Origin: a bacterium
Lineage (GTDB): Bacteria; Patescibacteriota; Microgenomatia; Daviesbacterales; UBA10151
Direction: 5' to 3'
NCBI GenBank assembly: GCA_021786105.1
Contig: JAJYNW010000015.1
Location: 12,685 to 76,684, forward strand
DNA length: 64,000 nt
Positions 57,703-64,000 of this stretch are shown piece by piece. The translations under genes were made by a program, and so were the position numbers. The notes under the pieces were generated by a model. That model searched no databases, had not been told where the DNA came from, and saw only the letters and a list, made by a program, of their open reading frames with translations. Position 1 is the first letter of the stretch; every line of letters starts with the position of its first letter.

Positions 57703-58575
57703 TTAGATATAAGGCAAAAAGCCGAGGGATGAGTAATCCTCATCAAGATTATTAAGTTGTTTCATATCATCATCGCTAATTTCAAAGTCAAATACATCAA
57801 TATTTTCCTCTAAATGTTTCTTTTGATTAGCTTTGGGCAGGGGAACAGTGCCTAATTGTAAATTCCAGCGGATTAAAATTTGGGCAGGGGTTTTATTGTG
57901 CTTTTGGGCCAGTTGAATAAGTGTTTCATCGTTGAGCCGTTTTCCCCGAGTTAGAAGACTGTAAGCTTGGATAATGATTTTATTTTTTAGGCAGTATTTC
58001 AGCATCTGGTCGCTATGGCCAAATGGAGACCATTCAATTTGGTTTACTACCGGGATTTCACCGCTGGCTTTAATTAGTTGTTCAATCAGCTTAATGGAAT
58101 AGTTACTGACGCCGATGTCTTTTACCAATCCTTCTTCTTTAGCCCGGATTAAACCTTGCCATAAATCTTCGCCAGCTCCTACTAGTGGCGGATGGTGAAT
58201 CAGCATTAAATCAGCATACTCAAGGTCTAGCTCTTGTAGATTGGATATTGTTCTTTGGTAGGCATTATCAGTTTCTTCTACTTTTGTAGTGATGTAGATA
58301 CTTTGACGGTCAATCTGACTGTTTTTAATAGCCTTGCCGATTCCCGGTTGAGTGCCGTAATCGCTTGAGGTATCAATTAGGCGGTAGCCAAGTTCTAAAG
58401 CATGGGTTACAGTCTCGGCAGTATCAATGGTTAATTGCCAAGTACCTAAACCTAAAACCGGCATTTTGTTGCCGGTCCGCAGTTCTATTTTTGAATTTTT
58501 GTCCATATTGTCAATAACGAAAACCTGGTTTTGATTTTGGCCTAATTGTTTAAAAATCAAGTTGATATGCCGCAA
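57703..58575 (-). CDS. Aldo/keto reductase
   Basis: MPVLGLGTWQ and IDTSSDYG AKR signatures. Confidence 0.8.
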   Translation of the reverse strand: MRHINLIFKQLGQNQNQVFVIDNMDKNSKIELRTGNKMPVLGLGTWQLTIDTAETVTHALELGYRLIDTSSDYGTQPGIGKAIKNSQIDRQSIYITTKVEETDNAYQRTISNLQELDLEYADLMLIHHPPLVGAGEDLWQGLIRAKEEGLVKDIGVSNYSIKLIEQLIKASGEIPVVNQIEWSPFGHSDQMLKYCLKNKIIIQAYSLLTRGKRLNDETLIQLAQKHNKTPAQILIRWNLQLGTVPLPKANQKKHLEENIDVFDFEISDDDMKQLNNLDEDYSSLGFLPYI

Positions 58576-58578
58576 GAA

Positions 58579-59643
58579 TTAAGTAAGAATAAATTGTTTT
58601 GCAATTTTTTCAATGCCTTTTTGCAAAACATACCCTAACAAAATAAATAAACCTAAGTTTAATGTTACATCCAAAAAGGGTGGTAATCCTAAAAAGGGGT
58701 TAAATCGGGAAACAATCGGCCAGTGCAGCAGGTAAATTTCATAAGAATAGATCCCAAAAATAGAGAACAATCCAAATTCCAGTTTGGATAAAGCAAAGAT
58801 AACGATTGCTGAAAAAGTAGTAATTAGACTGATACCCTGTTCGATTTTGGGATCCTGACCGACCCCGGAATAATAAGCAGTATAAAGGAAAACCAGGGTG
58901 GCTGCTCCAATAATCAGGATTTTTACAATCCGGTTTAGCTTAAATTTTAGATAAGGGATTACTAAAGCAAATAACATTCCTAAAGGAAAAGCTAAAGAGT
59001 GTAATTTATAAAGCTTTAATACATCGGATTTAACAGGCAGCGGTAAATTAAGCAGAAGCCAGCTTAAAAGCAGGATTAATAAAGGGGAGAGTAGGGGAAT
59101 TTTTTTAAAAAACAACAGCGGAAACACCAAGTAATAAAACAGAATTGGGGAAAAATACCATAAGGGTGAATCCAAACTTTGCCATAAATTAGCTTTAGGG
59201 TAAAAACCTAATAGGCTATGGACGATTTCTGCTATCGGATAAACTCGGTGCAACAGGAAAAAATCCAGCAGTAACACCAAGGTGATTACCGCCCAGAGCG
59301 GGATAAATAATTTGGAGAGCCTTTTTTTGTAGAAAGAGAGAGATGAGAGCGGGGATTTCAGCTGGGATAGTGTCAACCCAAAGCCTGACAAAAACAAAAA
59401 TATATTAACCCCCACTCCGGAGGCCACCGATAAAGGGAATAGGAACCTATTATCAGAGGATAAAAAATAGCCGATATGACCAAAGACAACAGCTAAAATT
59501 GCCAGTCCTTTTAACTGGTTAGTAACTTCTTTGGAGAAAAAACCGGCATTTTGTGTCCTTTTTACGGAAATAAACAGTAAACCCGTAAGAATTAGGGAGA
59601 CAAGAATAGTTTGAAAAGTTGGGTCGGAAACGTTAATCAACAT
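58579..59643 (-). CDS. Acyltransferase family 3 membrane protein
   Basis: 10-11 TM helices; LKGLAILAVVFGHIGY motif. Confidence 0.6.
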   Translation of the reverse strand: MLINVSDPTFQTILVSLILTGLLFISVKRTQNAGFFSKEVTNQLKGLAILAVVFGHIGYFLSSDNRFLFPLSVASGVGVNIFLFLSGFGLTLSQLKSPLSSLSFYKKRLSKLFIPLWAVITLVLLLDFFLLHRVYPIAEIVHSLLGFYPKANLWQSLDSPLWYFSPILFYYLVFPLLFFKKIPLLSPLLILLLSWLLLNLPLPVKSDVLKLYKLHSLAFPLGMLFALVIPYLKFKLNRIVKILIIGAATLVFLYTAYYSGVGQDPKIEQGISLITTFSAIVIFALSKLEFGLFSIFGIYSYEIYLLHWPIVSRFNPFLGLPPFLDVTLNLGLFILLGYVLQKGIEKIAKQFILT

Positions 59644-60334
59644 TAATTACTTTTAGCCATTCCTTATATCCTTGATCCGAGGGGTGAAACTGGTCTGCTG
59701 AGTAAAATTGGGCAGATTTGGTTAAAGGGTACAGGTCAATATAAACTGCTCTGTATTCCAAAGCTGCCTTTTTAATCGCCTCATTAAACTGTTTAGTCCG
59801 GGCCGCCCAAATCAGATTATAGGGAAAGAGTACTATTTTATCAGATCCCAAGTAGGGAATGGATAGTAGGTAAACTTTGGCACCATTTTTTTGTAAAGCT
59901 GAAACAATCTGATTATAGTTATTCTTAAATTCGGTTAAGGATTTTAAGCCATGGATGTCATTGATGCCGATGAACAGTGTTACCAGATTCGGTTTGGCGG
60001 ACAGAGCTTGGGGCAGTTGTTTGGTGAGGACATCGTCCGATCTGGCTCCGGATTGGGAGAAATTCCACAGTTCCACATTATTTTGGGCAGATAACTTTTG
60101 GGCAAGGAGATATGGATAGGAGTTTTGATAATCGGAGGCGCCGACACCGGCTGTTAAGCTGTCGCCCAGGGCTACATATTTAATGATTCGGTTACCGGGA
60201 TGGGTGCCAATCAGTGTTTTGGTTTCATGAGGCGGAGGCGCTAAATGCTTTTGACCCAGAAAATCAAAGAAGTAAACATAATTACCAATCAAATAAATGA
60301 TAATTATCAAAAAAATGAGCAGGAATTTTTTCAC
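59633..60334 (-). CDS. SGNH/GDSL hydrolase
   Basis: YVALGDSLTAGVG block I; GINDIHG block III; DxxH at the C-terminus. Confidence 0.7.
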   Translation of the reverse strand: MKKFLLIFLIIIIYLIGNYVYFFDFLGQKHLAPPPHETKTLIGTHPGNRIIKYVALGDSLTAGVGASDYQNSYPYLLAQKLSAQNNVELWNFSQSGARSDDVLTKQLPQALSAKPNLVTLFIGINDIHGLKSLTEFKNNYNQIVSALQKNGAKVYLLSIPYLGSDKIVLFPYNLIWAARTKQFNEAIKKAALEYRAVYIDLYPLTKSAQFYSADQFHPSDQGYKEWLKVINVD

Positions 60335-60356
60335 TTATCTACATTATACTGAAAAT

Positions 60357-60995
60357 TCAAGGGGAGAGAAGGGCAAAAACCAGCAGCCTTTTTAGGGAAG
60401 TACCAACCGGTGTGCAGGTCATTAAAATAATCTGATTTGGATCAATTTTTTTGACATATTGAACTTCCCAAGGCCAGACTTCTTTTTTGTTAATGACTTG
60501 ATATTGTTGGGTGAGATCGCCTTTGGCAATAATAATTCTGTCTCCTTTTTGCAATTCGCCTAGTCTTAAAAAGGCGGTATTATAGCGGGTTATTTTCCAG
60601 GGGAGATCAGAAGAATGGGCAAAGAAGAATGAGGAATTATCCTTGGCTTGCGCCACTCCTTTTGATAAGGCTGGTAAGTACTCACTTTTTTGCCAGGGGT
60701 TAACGTTGGGGATGATGGGGGCATAGGCGTTGATTTTGGGAATGACGATGGAATAACTATAGTTTTGAACTTTAGGGGGAGGTAAAAAATAAAGTTTGAT
60801 CATAGGATAATAAGTGAAAGACAGGATTAACAATGAAGCTAGGATTAAAATATTTCCCAACAAATGACGGGTTTTTAGGTTTTTCACCGGATTAAGGTTA
60901 AACGTTTGATTGCTGATTGAGGTGGGGGGGCAAAACGCAGATAGAGTCCGCAAACTAAAGCCATCATTCCAAGTATAGTTAGAAACATCAGCCAA
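60357..60995 (-). CDS. Sortase family transpeptidase
   Basis: N-terminal TM; catalytic TLxTC-like LMTCTP; His in FAHSSD. Confidence 0.6.
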   Translation of the reverse strand: MADVSNYTWNDGFSLRTLSAFCPPTSISNQTFNLNPVKNLKTRHLLGNILILASLLILSFTYYPMIKLYFLPPPKVQNYSYSIVIPKINAYAPIIPNVNPWQKSEYLPALSKGVAQAKDNSSFFFAHSSDLPWKITRYNTAFLRLGELQKGDRIIIAKGDLTQQYQVINKKEVWPWEVQYVKKIDPNQIILMTCTPVGTSLKRLLVFALLSP

Positions 60996-62071
60996 TTATT
61001 ACCGGCGGCCGCTAAAACTTCCCCGGCTGCAGCTGCGCCTAAAACCTCAGCCGCGGGGCCGGCCGCACCTCCGGCCGTACCCCCTCCGCCTCCTCCGGCA
61101 GATTCACCACCACCCCCTCCGCCACCACCCCCACCTCCTCCAGGCGAGGGAGTGGGAGTTGGGCTGGGGCTAACTGATGGGCTGGGAGTTGGGGTAGGAG
61201 TTACACAACAGGATATTGTTACTTCACTGATATTTATTGGGCCGTTGTTAATGCTTAAGTCATAATTAACATTACCGGTGACGATGGTTACATCACCTAA
61301 ATTGCCGTTAGCGAAATTGTTGCCGGTTGATAATTCCCAATTGACTTCATTGTTAATTTGGGCTTCGTTGTCAATATTAATGTTATTTTCCTGGGTTTGA
61401 TCAATGTCGGCCGTGTTGGTTGATCCGGTGCCGTTATCAGTAATTTTAATGGAAATATCTGGTCCCCCTTGGCTAGTTGTCACTTCAGCTATATTGATAT
61501 CGTGATTGTTAATGTCTGCATTGGCATTAATATTGCCAGTATCGATTGAAACGTTGCCTTCATTATTATTTACTTTATTACCGCCGGTATTGGCCTGACC
61601 GTCAATTTCGTTATTAATATTAGCTGTTTGACTCACGTCAACATTTGTTTGGTTGTTATTGTCAACATCAATATGATTTTGTGAATCGGCTCCGTTACCT
61701 GCGATAGTGGCTGTAACTCCCTGGGTAGGACAACACTCATTATTAACTTGGGATTGGTTGGTTTGATTTTCAATTTTAGTTTCACTCTTAATATCTCCGG
61801 TAGAAATATCATTACTGCTGCCGGTATTGCCAGAGGCTTGGTTGTTTCCGGTATCGGCTAATGTTTGGATATCATTTTTAATCTCGCCTTGATTGGTTTG
61901 TTCAACTGTTGTGGTGGTTTGACTGGTAACAGTGACTTCGTTTTGCGAGCCTGTGCCGTTGCCGGAAATTGTCAGTTCTTCCGCATAGCTTGCAGTTAGG
62001 GTTAATGAGGATAATGCAACAATAAGTAAGAATATAATAACTATGGAGAGTTTGCGTTTAATTTTATCCAT
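60884..62071 (-). CDS. Cell-surface repeat protein (GNG-x-GS-x-N repeats, PT-rich stalk, poly-Gly, C-terminal TM)
   Basis: Signal peptide; about 50-aa repeats ISGNGTGSQNEVTV / IAGNGADSQNHIDV / ITDNGTGSTNTADI; TPTPTPSP; G13 run; hydrophobic C-terminal anchor. Confidence 0.5.
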   Translation of the reverse strand: MDKIKRKLSIVIIFLLIVALSSLTLTASYAEELTISGNGTGSQNEVTVTSQTTTTVEQTNQGEIKNDIQTLADTGNNQASGNTGSSNDISTGDIKSETKIENQTNQSQVNNECCPTQGVTATIAGNGADSQNHIDVDNNNQTNVDVSQTANINNEIDGQANTGGNKVNNNEGNVSIDTGNINANADINNHDINIAEVTTSQGGPDISIKITDNGTGSTNTADIDQTQENNINIDNEAQINNEVNWELSTGNNFANGNLGDVTIVTGNVNYDLSINNGPINISEVTISCCVTPTPTPSPSVSPSPTPTPSPGGGGGGGGGGGGESAGGGGGGTAGGAAGPAAEVLGAAAAGEVLAAAGNNWLMFLTILGMMALVCGLYLRFAPPPQSAIKRLTLIR

Positions 62072-62144
62072 TTTATTTTTCCAGTTTAATATTTTTGTGT
62101 AGTAACACTATCAAGATTCTGTAATAAAATAATGAGAATTTGAC

Positions 62145-63944
62145 TTAATTTACCCGGTGTTTTATGAAGAGGGTGATACCGCCGAAAGGTAGCAATAATA
62201 ACAACCAGGCCAAGTTTAATTCCATAACTTGACGACTGTTTGGGGTATTTGGAGTGATGGGTTGTGCTGATGGACCGCTGTCATTGTTATCTATTTTGAC
62301 GCCGGCTACCAAAGTTTGCTGCTCAGTGCTGTTGTTGTCGTAGCTGATTGAGGAGGATTTGGGAGCGTCAGACGCAACCGGGTCAGTAGCAATAGCGGTA
62401 GAATCTAATTGCGGTTGATCAGCAGTTTGACCGGAGGCGGATGTTTGACTGGCAGATTGATTTAGGGACGGATCTTGGATTTGATTGGCAGGCGGATCAG
62501 CCGGGTTCTGGTCGGCATTCCGTCCGCCGTTTGCTGCTGTTTTATGCTGGCCCGGTGTTACAAAATCTCCTATCCAACTGCCAAAGACATTTACAATGGT
62601 GACTGTTAGCCGGTCACCGTTTGCAATATTGTTATTTACAAAATTTACCAGGTTTGTCACGATATTGGCGTCGCCGGTTTTGATGGTAGAATCTCCGCCG
62701 GTATTTCTCGAGGCACTATTATTACCAGTGTTAGCTGACAAATCAATATTATTAATAATTTTGGCATTATTAGTTTGGGCGGTGGTGTTATTGCTGGTTG
62801 AGTCGGCACTGGCCGTGTTGGAAGAACCTGCTCCGTTACCGGAATTAGTGGCGGTGATGTTACCCTGACTGTCGCTCGTAAAGGTGGTACCGGCTGAACC
62901 GGCCGTGTCAGCTCCCTTAGGAGCGCCTAAGATTTGTCCTACCCATTGTCCAGCTTTATTGACAATCACCAGCCACCAATTTCCTCCTTCGACGTTGGAA
63001 TTTGCTATGTTAATAGTTTGAGAGTCTATATTGGCACCGCCTGTTTCTATTGTAGAATTACCGCCGGTATTTTTGCTGGTATGGTTGCCGCCGGTATTTG
63101 CTTCAAATTCCAGGTTATTTTGAATCAGGGCCTCATTGGTTTGAAGCGTTGTATTATTAATTTCGTTATCAACCAGGGTTGAATTTGTCGATCCCGAGCC
63201 GTTGCCGGTATTACCGGCATTTGCTAAGGGGGTGTTTAGCTCTTCCTCCGGCAAGATTATATCTCCAATGAGATCACCGAAAATATTTACTACCCCCAGG
63301 ACAATATTACCCGCGATATTGTTGTTTAAGAAGTTGAGGATGTTGGCTGAGACATTGGCGTCGCCGGTATTAATAGTAGAATTACCGCCGGTATTTTGGT
63401 CTGCCTGATTGTTGCCGGAGTCGGCAGTGAGGGTAATATTGTTTTCCAGTGCGGCATCATTATTTTGAAATGTCTCATTATTTACAGTCTGGTTTACCGC
63501 AGTGTTGTTTGTCGAGTCGGTACCATTGCCGGAATTTGTAACAGAAACAGGATTAAAAATCCCACATCCTGTAATACAACCTGAGGCAAAATCTAAAATT
63601 AGGTCTCCCTGAGTATTATCAACTACGTTAAATTCGGAAACAGCCAGCCCGGCCGCATTTGTATTAGCTGTAGTTACAACTGTTCCTGAGGTATTGGCAT
63701 CTCCGGTAGTAATTATTGAATTTCCTACATTCTGAGAGGCTGAAGATCCGCCGGTGTGGGTATTTAAGTCCACATTATTTCCTACTTCAGCACTGTTATC
63801 CTGAATAATGTTTGTACTGGATTCGTCTCCCAAAGAGGCTGAGTTATCAGATCCTGAGCCGTTATTGGTATTTTCAGCGCCGGTACTATTTCCGGTTGAT
63901 TGAGAGGGTTGTTGTAAAGCTGTACTATTTGCTTCTGTTGTCAC
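62145..63944 (-). CDS. Cell-surface repeat protein, paralog of 60884-62071
   Basis: Same NSGNG-x-S-x-N repeat type; C-terminal TM LAWLLLLLPFGGITLFI. Confidence 0.5.
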   Translation of the reverse strand: MTTEANSTALQQPSQSTGNSTGAENTNNGSGSDNSASLGDESSTNIIQDNSAEVGNNVDLNTHTGGSSASQNVGNSIITTGDANTSGTVVTTANTNAAGLAVSEFNVVDNTQGDLILDFASGCITGCGIFNPVSVTNSGNGTDSTNNTAVNQTVNNETFQNNDAALENNITLTADSGNNQADQNTGGNSTINTGDANVSANILNFLNNNIAGNIVLGVVNIFGDLIGDIILPEEELNTPLANAGNTGNGSGSTNSTLVDNEINNTTLQTNEALIQNNLEFEANTGGNHTSKNTGGNSTIETGGANIDSQTINIANSNVEGGNWWLVIVNKAGQWVGQILGAPKGADTAGSAGTTFTSDSQGNITATNSGNGAGSSNTASADSTSNNTTAQTNNAKIINNIDLSANTGNNSASRNTGGDSTIKTGDANIVTNLVNFVNNNIANGDRLTVTIVNVFGSWIGDFVTPGQHKTAANGGRNADQNPADPPANQIQDPSLNQSASQTSASGQTADQPQLDSTAIATDPVASDAPKSSSISYDNNSTEQQTLVAGVKIDNNDSGPSAQPITPNTPNSRQVMELNLAWLLLLLPFGGITLFIKHRVN

Positions 63945-64000
63945 CGCACCAGTAGTTAAGCCGTTTCCGGTATTTATCTGAGTATCACCGACCTTACTAT

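Noticed and set aside
60884-62071. Poly-Gly run (G13) as a sequencing artefact or homopolymer error
   Set aside because: The run is in frame within a PT/Gly-rich low-complexity stalk typical of surface proteins, and the frame continues into a C-terminal anchor. It was kept as real but noted

Overview
This 64-kb window looks like a chromosomal segment from a low-GC, small-genome bacterium of Candidate Phyla Radiation/Patescibacteria type; the phylum assignment is inference from gene content only. It contains the replication-origin neighbourhood: rpmH-rnpA-yidD-yidC-jag on the minus strand, divergent from dnaA, a small Hjc-like nuclease gene and dnaN. DnaA-box clusters lie on both sides of dnaA. 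Two minus-strand clusters resemble a type IV secretion/pilus system. The first (9.2-16.2 kb) has a VirB4-like ATPase split into two overlapping ORFs, a membrane-anchored SLT plus papain-like peptidase cell-wall hydrolase, and small membrane proteins. The second (23.9-30.7 kb) has a polytopic VirB6-like protein and six paralogous secreted proteins. The six share a conserved C-terminal TM-SGGDKE-TM hairpin but have very different N-terminal ectodomains. A four-helix-bundle gene flanked by perfect 35-bp direct repeats interrupts this array. Between the two clusters lie a hicB antitoxin gene, a truncated hicA, an inserted AAA ATPase gene bounded by 23-bp promoter-bearing repeats, and a 1434-aa orphan protein. 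Further on are smpB followed by a tmRNA, six tRNAs (four serine isoacceptors, two arginine), a free-standing LAGLIDADG endonuclease, dnaG and rpoD. A higher-GC island sits at tRNA-Asn (44.0 to about 56.6 kb). It carries a large serine recombinase, phage-like HTH proteins, a complete type I R-M system (hsdRMS) and a three-gene set consistent with a SMODS-like nucleotidyltransferase, a 2TM partner and a PD-(D/E)xK nuclease. The end of the window has a K+ channel, an aldo-keto reductase, an acyltransferase, an SGNH hydrolase, a sortase and Gly/Asn/Thr-repeat surface proteins. Two dispersed repeat families (CTAG-rich palindromes and a gtcatcctgagcgaagcgaagg hairpin family) recur in intergenic regions.
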